From the NCBI RefSeq assembly GCF_009914755.1, contig NC_060939.1: a stretch of 64,000 nucleotides of DNA. The stretch is one strand, 5' to 3'. Shown here piece after piece: positions 11,753 to 24,743 of the stretch (its first letter is position 1; the number at the start of each line of letters is the position of its first letter). Source of the stretch: the human T2T-CHM13v2.0 reference genome, Homo sapiens. The notes under the pieces are model-generated. The model had not been told where the DNA came from. It searched no databases and worked only from the letters and a program-made list of their open reading frames with translations. The position numbers and the translations under genes were made by a program.

Positions 11753-13658
11753 CTAGGATGTGCCTAAATTAACTTTTTGACATAACCCTGTACTGATCAT
11801 CCAGGTGATGGAGCTTTTGTCTAGGCTCTGCCTAAGGGGGCATTGTGACATATATCTGCATTGATCACCCAGGTGGCGAACTCTTCCCTCGGATCTGCCT
11901 ATGGGGGCATTGTGAGAAATCTCTGCACTGATAACCCAGGTGATGTAACTGTTGTGTAACCTCTGCCTACAGGAGAATTGTGAGAGATCTCGTCACTGAT
12001 TACCCAAGTGATGTAACCGTTGTCTAGGCTTTGCATACAGGGGGCTTTGTGACATACCTTTGCACTGATCACCCAGGTGATGTAACACATCTAAGTTCGG
12101 CCTAAAGGAGCTTTCTGACATATCTCTGCACTGATCACTTAGGTGATGTAACACTTTTATAATTACTGCCTACAGGGAATTTTGACAAATCTCTGCACTG
12201 ATCACCTAGGTGATGTAACTCTTGTCTACCCTCTGTCCAACGGGGCATTGTGAAATATCTCTGCACTGATCACCCAGGTGATTCAACTCTTGAATAGGAA
12301 CTGCCTACAGAGGTTATTGTGAAATATCTCTGCACTGATAAACTAGGTGGTGTAACCCTTGTCCAAGCTCTGCCTACAGGGGCGTTTCCACATATACCTG
12401 AACTGATGACAAAGGTGAAGTAACTCTTGCCTAGGCTTTGCCTACAGGGAACAGTGGACATATATCTGCACTGATCACCCAGGTGATGCAACTCCTGCCT
12501 AGGCTTTGCCTACAGGGGACATTGTGACATATCTCTTCAATGATCACTCATGTGATGCATCTCTTGCCTAGGCTTTGCCTACAGGGGACATTGTGACATA
12601 TCTCTGCACTGATCTCCCAGGTGCTGTAACTTTAGTCTAGTCTCTGGCTACACGGCATTGTGACATATCACTGCACTGATCAACCAGGTGATATAACTCT
12701 TGTATAGGCTATGCCTACAGGGGGATTGTGACCTACCTCTGCACTGATCACCCAGGTGATATAACTCTTCTCTAGGATCTGCCTACAGGGTACTTTGTGA
12801 CATATCCCTGCACTGATCACCCAGGTGATCTATCTCTGGTCTAAGCTCTGCCTAAAGGGGCATTGTGACAGATCTCTGCACTGATCACTCAGGTGATGTA
12901 AGTATTGTCTAGGCTCTGCTTCAAGGGGCCTTGTCACATATCTCTGCACTGATCACCCAGGTGATGTAACTCTTGTCTAGGCTCTGCTTCCAGGGCATAT
13001 TGTGACATATCTATGCACTGATCACCTTAGTGATGTAACACTTTGGTAGGCTCGGCCTACAGGGGAATCTTGACATATCTCTGCACTGTTAACCGAGGTG
13101 ATTTAACTCTTGTCTAGGCTGTGCCCACAGGGGGATTGAGACATATCTCTGCACTGATCCCGAGGTGATACAACTCTTGCCTGGTCTCTGCCTACTGTGG
13201 ACATTGTGACATATCTCTGCACTGATCTCCCATGTGCTGTAACTTTAGTCTAGACTCTGGCTACACGGCATTGTGACATATCACTGCACTGATCACCCAG
13301 GCGATATAACTCTGCTCTAGGATCTGACCACAGGGTGCTTTGTGACATATCCCTGCAATGATCACCCAGGTTATATACCACTTGCCAAGGCTCTGCCTAC
13401 AGGGGCATTGCAATGTATCTCTGCACTGATCACCTAGGTCTTGTAGCTATTTTCTAGGATCTGCCTACAGGGTGCTTTGTGACGTGTCCCAGCAACGATT
13501 ACCCAGGTGATGTACCTCTCATCAAGGCTCTGCCTACAGGCACATTGTGATGTATCTCTGCACTGATCACCTAGGTCATGTAACTTTTTTCTAGGCTCTA
13601 CCTACGATGGCATTGTGACATATCTCTGCACTAATCATCCAAGTGATGTAACTCTTGT

Positions 13659-16600
13659 CTAGGATGTGTCTAAATTAACTTTTTGACATAACCCTGTACT
13701 GATCATCCAGGTGATGGAGCTTTTGTCTAGGCTCTGCCTAAGGGGGCATTGTGACATATCTGCATTGATCACCAAGGTGGCGAACTCTTCTCTCGGATCT
13801 GCCTATGGGGGCATTGTGAGAAATCTCTGCACTGATCACCCAGGTGATGTAACTGTTGTGTAACCTCTGCCTACAGGGGAATTGTGAGAGATCTCGTCAA
13901 TGATTACCCAAGTGATGTATCCGTTGTCTAGGCTTTGCATACAGGGGGCTTTGTGACATACCTTTGCACTGATCACCCAGGTGATGTAACACATCTAAGT
14001 TCGGCCTAAAGGAGCTTTGTGACATATCTCTGCACTGATCACTTAGGTGATGTAACACTTTTATAATCACTGCCTACAGGGAATTTTGACAAATCTCTGC
14101 ACTGATCACCTAGGTGATGTAACTCTTGTCTACCCTCTGTCCAACGGGGCATTGTGAAATATCTCTGCACTGATCACCCAGGTGATTCAACTCTTGACTA
14201 GGAACTGCCTACAGAGGTTATTGTGAAATATCACTGCACTGATAAACTAGGTGGTGTAACCCTTGTCCAAGCTCTGCCTACAGGGGCGTTTCCACATATC
14301 CATGAACTGATGACAAAGGTGATGTAACTCTTGCCTAGGCTTTGCCTACAGGGAACATTGGACATATATCTGCACTGATCACCCAGGTGATGCAACTATT
14401 GCCTAGGCTTTGCCTACAGGGGACATTGTGACATATCTCTGCACTGATCTCCCAGGTGCTGTAACTTTAGTCTAGGCTCTGGCTACACGGCATTGTGACA
14501 TATCACTGCACTGATCAACCAGGTGATATAACTCTTGTATAGGCTCTGCCTACAGGGGGATTGTGACCTACCACTGCACTGATCACCCAGGTGATATAAC
14601 TCTTCTGTAGGATCTGCCTACAGTGTACTTTGTGACATATCCCTGCACTGATCACCCAGGTGATCTAACTCTGGTCTAAGCTCTGCCTAAAGGGGCATTG
14701 TGACAGATCTCTGCACTGATCACTCTGGTGATGAAAGTTTTGTCTAGGCTCTGCTTCAAGGGGCCTTGTCACATATCTCTGCACTGATCACCCAGGTGAT
14801 GTAACTCTTGTCTAGGCTCTGCTTCCAGGGCATATTGTGACATATCTATGCACTGATCACCTTAGTGATGTAACACTTTGGTAGGCTCGGCCTACAGGGG
14901 AATCTTGACATATCTCTGCACTGTTAATCGAGGTGATTTAACTCTTGTCTAGGCTGTGCCCACAGGGGGATTGAGACATATCTCTGCACTGATCCCGAGG
15001 TGATACAATTCTTGCCTGGTCTCTGCCTACTGTGGACATTGGGACATATCGCTGCACTGATCTCCCTGGTGCTGTAACTTTAGTCTAGGCTCTGGCTACA
15101 CGGCATTGTGACATATCACTGCACTGATCACCCAGGCGATATAACTCTTCTCTAGGATCTGACCACAGGGTGCTTTGTGACATATCCCTGCAATGATCAC
15201 CCAGGTGATATACCACTTGCCAAGGCTCTGCCTACAGGGGCATTGCAATGTATCTCTGCACTGATCACCTAGGTCTTGTAGCTATTTTCTAGGATCTGCC
15301 TACAGGGTGCTTTGTGACGTGTCCCAGCAAGGATTACCCAGGTGATGTACCTCTCATCAAGGCTCTGCCTACAGGCACATTATGATGTATCTCTGCACTG
15401 ATCACCTAGGTCATGTAAATTTTGTCTAGGCTCTACCTACGATGGCATTGTGACATATCTCTGCAGTAATCATCCAAGTGATGTAACTCTTGTCTAGGAT
15501 GTGCCTAAATTAACTTTTTGACATAACCCTGTACTGATGATCCAGGTGATGGAGCTTTTGTCTAGGCTCTGCCTAAGGGGGCATTGTGACATATTTCTGC
15601 ATTGATCCCCCAGATGGCGAACTCTTCTCTCGGATCTGCCTATGGGGGCATTGTGAGAAATCTCTGCACTGATCACCCAGGTGATGTAACTGTTGAGTAA
15701 CCTCTGCCTACAGGGGAATTGTGAGAGATCTCGTCACTGATTACACAAGTGATGTAACCGTTGTCTAGGCTTTGCGTACAAGGGGCTTTGTGACATACCT
15801 TTGCACTGAGCACCCAGGTGATGTAACACATCTAAGTTCGGCCTAAAGGAGCTTTGTGACATATCTCTGCACTGATCACTTAGGTGATGTAACACTTTTA
15901 TAATCACTGCCTACAGGGAATTTTGACAAATCTCTGCACTGATCACCTAGGTGATGTAACTCTTGTCTACCACCTGTGCAACAGGGCATTGTGAAATATA
16001 TCTGCACTGATCACCCAGGTGATTCAACTCTTGAATAGGAACTGCCTACAGAGGTTATTGTGAAATATCTCTGCACTGATAAACTAGGTGGTGTAACCAT
16101 TGTCCAAGCTCTGCCTACAGGGGCGTTTCCACATATCCCTGAACTGATGACAAAGGTGATGTAACTCTTGCCTAGGCTTTGCCTACAGGGAACATTGGAC
16201 ATATATCTGCACAGATCACCCAGGTGATGCAACTCTTGCCTAGGCTTTGCCTACAGGGGACATTGTGACATATCTCTTCAATGATCACTCATGTGATGCA
16301 CCTCTTGCCTAGGCTTTGCCTACAGGGGACATTGTGACATATCTCTGCACTGATCTCCCAGGTGCTGTAACTTTAGTCTAGGCTCTGGCTACACGGCATT
16401 GTGACATATCACTGCACTGATCAACCAGGTGATATAACTCTTGCATAGGCTCTGCGTACAGGGGGATTGTGACCTACCTCTGCACTGATCACCCAGGTGA
16501 TATAACTCTTCTCTAGGATCTTCCTACAGGGTACTTTGTGACATATCCCTGCACTGATCACCCAGGTGATCTATCTCTGGTCTAAGCTCTGCCTAAAGGG

Positions 16601-19600
16601 GCATTGTGACAGATCTCTGCACTGATCACTCAGGTGATGTAAGTATTGTCTAGGCTCTGCTTCAAGGGGCCTTGTCACATATCTCTGCACTGATCACCCA
16701 GGTGATGTAACTCTTGTCTAGGCTCTGCTTCCAGGGTATATTGTGACATATCTATGCACTGATCACCTTAGTGATGTAACACTTTGGTAGGCTCGGCCTA
16801 CAGGGGAATCTTGACATATCTCTGCACTGTTAACCGAGGTGATTTAACTCTTGTCTAGGCTGTGCCCTCAGGGGGATTGAGACATATCTCTGCACTGATC
16901 CCGAGGTGATACAACTCTTGCCTGGTCTCTGCCTACTGTGGACATTGTGACATATCTCTGCACTGATCTCCCAGGTGCTGTAACTTTAGTCTAGGCTCTG
17001 GCTACACGGCATTGTGACATATCACTGCACTGATCACCCAGGCGATATAACTCTTCTCTAGGATCTGACCACAGGGTGCTTTGTGACATATCCCTGCAAT
17101 GATCACCCAGGTGATATACCACTTGCCAAGGCTCTGCCTACAGGGGCATTGCAATGTATCTCTGCACTGATCACCTAGGTCTTGTAGCTATTTTCTAGGA
17201 TCTGCCTACAGGGTGCTTTGTGACGTGTCCCAGCAAGGATTACCCAGGTGATGTACCTCTCATCAAGGCTCTGCCTACAGGCACATTGTGATGTATCTCT
17301 GCACTGATCACCTAGGTCATGTAACTTTTTTCTAGGCTCTACCTACGATGGCATTGTGACATATCTCTGCACTAATCATCCAAGTGATGTAACTCTTGTC
17401 TAGGATGTGTCTAAATTAACTTTTTGACATAACCCTGTACTGATCATCCAGGTGATGGAGCTTTTGTCTAGGCTCTGCCTAAGGGGGCATTGTGACATAT
17501 CTGCATTGATCACCAAGGTGGCGAACTCTTCTCTCGGATCTGCCTATGGGGGCATTGTGAGAAATCTCTGCACTGATCACCCAGGTGATGTAACAGTTGT
17601 GTAACCTCTCCCTACAGGGGAATTGTGAGAGATCTCGTCAATGATTACCCAAGTGATGTATCCGTTGTCTAGGCTTTGCATACAGGGGGCTTTGTGGCAT
17701 ACCTTTGCACTGATCACCCAGGTGATGTAACACATCTAAGTTCGGCCTAAAGGAGCTTTGTGACATATCTCTGCACTGATCACTTAGGTGATGTAACACT
17801 TTTATAATCACTGCCTACAGGGAATTTTGACAAATCTCTGCACTGATCACCTAGGTGATGTAACTCTTGTCTACCCTCTGTCCAACGGGGCATTGTGAAA
17901 TATCTCTGCACTGATCACCCAGGTGATTCAACTCTTGACTAGGAACTGCCTACAGAGGTTATTGTGAAATATCACTGCACTGATAAACTAGGTGGTGTAA
18001 CCCTTGTCCAAGCTCTGCCTACAGGGGCGTTTCCACATATCCATGAACTGATGACAAAGGTGATGTAACTCTTGCCTAGGCTTTGCCTACAGGGAACATT
18101 GGACATATATCTGCACTGATCACCCAGGTGATGCAACTATTGCCTAGGCTTTGCCTACAGGGGACATTGTGACATATCTCTGCACTGATCTCCCAGGTGC
18201 TGTAACTTTAGTCTAGGCTCTGGCTACACGGCATTGTGACATATCACTGCACTGATCAACCAGGTGATATAACTCTTGTATAGGCTCTGCCTACAGGGGG
18301 ATTGTGACCTACCACTGCACTGATCACCCAGGTGATATAACTCTTCTGTAGGATCTGCCTACAGTGTACTTTGTGACATATCCCTGCACTGATCACCCAG
18401 GTGATCTAACTCTGGTCTAAGCTCTGCCTAAAGGGGCATTGTGAGAGATCTCTGCACTGATCACTCTGGTGATGAAAGTTTTGTCTAGGCTCTGCTTCAA
18501 GGGGCCTTGTCACATATCTCTGCACTGATCACCCAGGTGATGTAACTCTTGTCTAGGCTCTGCTTCCAGGGCATATTGTGACATATCTATGCACTGATCA
18601 CCTTAGTGATGTAACACTTTGGTAGGCTCGGCCTACAGGGGAATCTTGACATATCTCTGCACTGTTAACCGAGGTGATTTAACTCTTGTCTAGGCTGTGC
18701 CCACAGGGGGATTGAGACATATCTCTGCACTGATCCCGAGGTGATACAATTCTTGCCTGGTCTCTGCCTACTGTGGACATTGGGACATATCGCTGCACTG
18801 ATCTCCCTGGTGCTGTAACTTTAGTCTAGGCTCTGGCTACACGGCATTGTGACATATCACTGCACTGATCACCCAGGCGATATAACTCTTCTCTAGGATC
18901 TGACCACAGGGTGCTTTGTGACATATCCCTGCAATGATCACCCAGGTGATATACCACTTGCCAAGGCTCTGCCTACAGGGGCATTGCAATGTATCCCTGC
19001 ACTGATCACCTAGGTCTTGTAGCTATTTTCTAGGATCTGCCTACAGGGTGCTTTGTGACGTGTCCCAGCAAGGATTACCCAGGTGATGTACCTCTCATCA
19101 AGGCTCTGCCTACAGGCACATTATGATGTATCTCTGCACTGATCACCTAGGTCATGTAAATTTTGTCTAGGCTCTACCTACGATGGCATTGTGACATATC
19201 TCTGCACTAATCATCCAAGTGATGTAACTCTTGTCTAGGATGTGCCTAAATTAACTTTTTGACATAACCCTGTACTGATCATCCAGGTGATGGGGCTTTT
19301 GTCTAGGCTCTGCCTAAGGGGGCATTGTGACATATTTCTGCATTGATCCCCCAGATGGCGAACTCTTCTCTCGGATCTGCCTATGGGGGCATTGTGAGAA
19401 ATCTCTGCACTGATCACCCAGGTGATGTAACTGTTGAGTAACCTCTGCCTACAGGGGAATTGTGAGAGATCTCGTCACTGATTACACAAGTGATGTAACC
19501 GTTGTCTAGGCTTTGCGTACAAGGGGCTTTGTGACATACCTTTGCACTGATCACCCAGGTGATGTAACACATCTAAGTTCGGCCTAAAGGAGCTTTGTGA

Positions 19601-20164
19601 CATATCTCTGCACTGATCACTTAGGTGATGTAACACTTTTATAATCACTGCCTACAGGGAATTTTGACAAATCTCTGCACTGATCACCTAGGTGATGTAA
19701 CTCTTGTCTACCCCCTGTCCAACGGGGCATTGTGAAATATCTCTGCACTGATCACCCAGGTGATTCAACTCTTGAATAGGAACTGCCTACAGTGGTTATT
19801 GTGAAATATCTCTGCACTGATAAACTAGGTGGTGTAACCATTGTCCAAGCTCTGCCTACAGGGGCGTTTCCACATATCCCTGAACTGATGACAAAGGTGA
19901 TGTAACTCTTGCCTAGGCTTTGCCTACAGGGAACATTGGACATATATCTGCACAGATCACCCAGGTGATGCAACTCTTGCCTAGGCTTTGCCTACAGGGG
20001 ACATTGTGACATATCTCTTCAATGATCACTCATGTGATGCATCTCTTGCCTAGGCTTTGCCTACAGGGGACATTGTGACATATCTCTGCACTGATCTCCC
20101 AGGTGCTGTAACTTTAGTCTAGGCTCTGGCTACACGGCATTGTGACATATCACTGCACTGATCA
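13659..20164. repeat. Block with 3741-bp periodicity (27-mer of 1835 bp + 28-mer of 1906 bp = 55-mer)
   Basis: Landmarks 13659/17400 and 15494/19235 are each 3741 apart. Shared private variants: 2-bp deletion GACATATCTGCATTGATCACCAAGG (~13759/17500), GATGAAAGTTTT (~14734/18475), TGATCCCCCAGATGG (~15607/19348), GCACAGATC (~16213/19954). Confidence 0.87.
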
Positions 20165-20527
20165 CCCAGGCGATATAACTCTTCTCTAGGGTCTGACCAC
20201 AGGGTGCTTTGTGACATATCCCTGCAATGATCACCCAGGTGATATACCACTTGCCAAGGCTCTGCCTACAGGGGCATTGCAATGTATCTCTGCACTGATC
20301 ACCTAGGTCTTGTAGCTATTTTCTAGGATCTGCCTACAGGGTGCTTTGTGACGTGTCCCAGCAAGGATTACCCAGGTGATGTACCTCTCATCAAGGCTCT
20401 GCCTACAGGCACATTGTGATGTATCTCTGCACTGATCACCTAGGTCATGTAACTTTTTTCTAGGCTCTACCTACGATGGCATTGTGACATATCTCTGCAC
20501 TAATCATCCAAGTGATGTAACTCTTGT
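19235..20527. repeat. 19-monomer truncated HOR (1293 bp)
   Basis: Spacing is 1293 = 1906-613. Nine monomers are missing, and the sequence goes straight from ...CACTGCACTGATCA to CCCAGGCGATATAAC at ~20164. Confidence 0.9.
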
Positions 20528-21751
20528 CTAGGATGTGTCTAAATTAACTTTTTGACATAACCCTGTACTGATCATCCAGGTGATGGAGCTTTTGTCTAGG
20601 CTCTGCCTAAGGGGGCATTGTGACATATTTCTGCATTGATCCCCCAGATGGCGAACTCTTCTCTCGGATCTGCCTATGGGGGCATTGTGAGAAATCTCTG
20701 CACTGATCACCCAGGTGATGTAACTGTTGTGTAACCTCTCCCTACAGGGGAATTGTGAGAGATCTCGTCAATGATTACCCAAGTGATGTATCCGTTGTCT
20801 AGGCTTTGCATACAGGGGGCTTTGTGGCATACCTTTGCACTGATCACCCAGGTGATGTAACACATCTAAGTTCGGCCTAAAGGAGCTTTGTGACATATCT
20901 CTGCACTGATCACTTAGGTGATGTAACACTTTTATAATCACTGCCTACAGGGAATTTTGACAAATCTCTGCACTGATCACCTAGGTGATGTAACTCTTGT
21001 CTACCCTCTGTCCAACGGGGCATTGTGAAATATCTCTGCACTGATCACCCAGGTGATTCAACTCTTGACTAGGAACTGCCTACAGAGGTTATTGTGAAAT
21101 ATCACTGCACTGATAAACTAGGTGGTGTAACCCTTGTCCAAGCTCTGCCTACAAGGGCGTTTCCACATATCCATGAACTGATGACAAAGGTGATGTAACT
21201 CTTGCCTAGGCTTTGCCTACAGGGAACATTGGACATATATCTGCACTGATCACCCAGGTGATGCAACTATTGCCTAGGCTTTGCCTACAGGGGACATTGT
21301 GACATATCTCTGCACTGATCTCCCAGGTGCTGTAACTTTAGTCTAGGCTCTGGCTACACGGCATTGTGACATATCACTGCACTGATCACCCAGGCGATAT
21401 AACTTTTCTCTAGCATCTGACCACAGGGTGCTTTGTGACATATCCCTGCAATGATCACCCAGGTGATATACCACTTGCCAAGGCTCTGCCTACAGGGGCA
21501 TTGCAATGTATCTCTGCACTGATCACCTAGGTCTTGTAGCTATTTTCTAGGATCTGCCTACAGGGTGCTTTGTGACGTGTCCCAGCAAGGATTACCCAGG
21601 TGATGTACCTCTCATCAAGGCTCTGCCTACAGGCACATTATGATGTATCTCTGCACTGATCACCTAGGTCATGTAAATTTTGTCTAGGCTCTACCTACGA
21701 TGGCATTGTGACATATCTCTGCACTAATCATCCAAGTGATGTAACTCTTGT
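20528..21751. repeat. 18-monomer truncated HOR (1224 bp)
   Basis: Spacing is 1224 = 1906-613-69. It has the same 9-monomer deletion (junction homology 21292-21388) on a 27-mer background (CAACTATTGCC marker). Confidence 0.9.
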
Positions 21752-24743
21752 CTAGGATGTGCCTAAATTAACTTTTTGACATAACCCTGTACTGATCATC
21801 CAGGTGATGGGGCTTTTGTCTAGGCTCTGCCTAAGGGGGCATTGTGACATATTTCTGCATTGATCCCCCAGATGGCGAACTCTTCTCTCGGATCTGCCTA
21901 TGGGGGCATTGTGAGAAATCTCTGCACTGATCACCCAGGTGATGTAACTGTTGAGTAACCTCTGCCTACAGGGGAATTGTGAGAGATCTCGTCACTGATT
22001 ACACAAGTGATGTAACCGTTGTCTAGGCTTTGCGTACAAGGGGCTTTGTGACATACCTTTGCACTGATCACCCAGGTGATGTAACACATCTAAGTTCGGC
22101 CTAAAGGAGCTTTGTGACATATCTCTGCACTGATCACTTAGGTGATGTAACACTTTTATAATCACTGCCTACAGGGAATTTTGACAAATCTCTGCACTGA
22201 TCACCTAGGTGATGTAACTCTTGTCTACCCCCTGTCCAACGGGGCATTGTGAAATATCTCTGCACTGATCACCCAGGTGATTCAACTCTTGAATAGGAAC
22301 TGCCTACAGAGGTTATTGTGAAATATCTCTGCACTGATAAACTAGGTGGTGTAACCATTGTCCAAGCTCTGCCTACAGGGGCGTTTCCACATATCCCTGA
22401 ACTGATGACAAAGGTGATGTAACTCTTGCCTAGGCTTTGCCTACAGGGAACATTGGACATATATCTGCACAGATCACCCAGGTGATGCAACTCTTGCCTA
22501 GGCTTTGCCTACAGGGGACATTGTGACATATCTCTTCAATGATCACTCATGTGATGCATCTCTTGCCTAGGCTTTGCCTACAGGGGACATTGTGACATAT
22601 CTCTGCACTGATCTCCCAGGTGCTGTAACTTTAGTCTAGGCTCTGGCTACACGGCATTGTGACATATCACTGCACTGATCAACCAGGTGATATAACTCTT
22701 GTATAGGCTCTGCGTACAGGGGGATTGTGACCTACCTCTGCACTGATCACCCAGGTGATATAACTCTTCTCTAGGATCTTCCTACAGGGTACTTTGTGAC
22801 ATATCCCTGCACTGATCACCCAGGTGATCTATCTCTGGTCTAAGCTCTGCCTAAAGGGGCATTTTGACAGATCTCTGCACTGATCACTCAGGTGATGTAA
22901 GTATTGTCTAGGCTCTGCTTCAAGGGGCCTTGTCACATATCTCTGCACTGATCACCCAGGTGATGTAACTCTTGTCTAGGCTCTGCTTCCAGGGCATATT
23001 GTGACATATCTATGCACTGATCACCTTAGTGATGTAACACTTTGGTAGGCTCGGCCTACAGGGGAATCTTGACATATCTCTGCACTGTTAACCGAGGTGA
23101 TTTAACTCTTGTCTAGGCTGTGCCCACAGGGGGATTGAGACATATCTCTGCACTGATCCCGAGGTGATACAACTCTTGCCTGGTCTCTGCCTACTGTGGA
23201 CATTGTGACATATCTCTGCACTGATCTCCCAGGTGCTGTAACTTTAGTCTAGGCTCTGGCTACACGGCATTGTGACATATCACTGCACTGATCACCCAGG
23301 CGATATAACTCTTCTCTAGGATCTGACCACAGGGTGCTTTGTGACATATCCCTGCAATGATCACCCAGGTGATATACCACTTGCCAAGGCTCTGCCTACA
23401 GGGGCATTGCAATGTATCTCTGCACTGATCACCTAGGTCTTGTAGCTATTTTCTAGGATCTGCCTACAGGGTGCTTTGTGACGTGTCCCAGCAAGGATTA
23501 CCCAGGTGATGTACCTCTCATCAAGGCTCTGCCTACAGGCACATTGTGATGTATCTCTGCACTGATCACCTAGGTCATGTAACTATTTTCTAGGCTCTAC
23601 CTACGATGGCATTGTGACATATCTCTGCACTAATCATCCAAGTGATGTAACTCTTGTCTAGGATGTGCCTAAATTAACTTTTTGACATAACCCTGTACTG
23701 ATCATCCAGGTGATGGAGCTTTTGTCTAGGCTCTGCCTAAGGGGGCATTGTGACATATTTCTGCATTGATCACCCAGGTGGCGAACTCTTCTCTCGGATC
23801 TGCCTATGGGGGCATTGTGAGAAATCTCTGCACTGATCACCCAGGTGATCTAACAGTTGTGTAACCTCTGCCTACAGGGGAACTGTGAGAGATCTCGTCA
23901 CTGATTACCCAAGTGATGTAACCGTTCTCTAGGCTTTGCATACAGGAGGCTTTGTGACATACCTTTGCACTGATCACCCAGGTGATGTAACACATCTAAG
24001 TTCGGCCTAAAGGAGCTTTGTGACATATCTCTGCACTGATCACTTAGGTGATGTAACACTTTTATAATCACTGCCTACAGGGAATTTTGACAAATCTCTG
24101 CACTGATCACCTAGGTGATGTAACTCTTGTCTACCCTCTGTCCAACGGGGCATTGTGAAATATCTCTGCACTGATCACCCAGGTGATTCAACTCTTGACT
24201 AGGAACTGCCTACAGAGGTTATTGTGAAATATCTCTGCACTGATAAACTAGGTGGTGTAACCCTTGTCCAAGCTCTGCCTACAGGTGCGTTTCCACATAT
24301 CCCTGAACTGATGACAGAGGTGATGTAACTCTTGCCTAGGCTTTGCCTACAGGGAACATTGGACATATATCTGCACTGATCACCCAGGTGATGCAACTCT
24401 TGCCTAGGCTTTGCCTACAGGGGACATTGTGACATATCTCTTCAATGATCACTCATGTGATGCATCTCTTGCCTAGGCTTTGCCTACAGGGATATTGTGA
24501 CATATCTCTGCACTGATCTCCCAGGTGCTGTAACTTTAGTCTAGGCTATGGCTACACGGCATTGTGACATATCACTGCACTAATCAACCAGGTGATATAA
24601 CTCTTGTATAGGCTCTGCGTACAGGGGGATTGTGACCTACCTCTGCACTGATCACCCAGGTGATATAACTCTTCTCTAGGATCTTCCTACAGGGTACTTT
24701 GTGACATATCCCTGCACTGATCACCCAGGTGATCTATCTCTGA

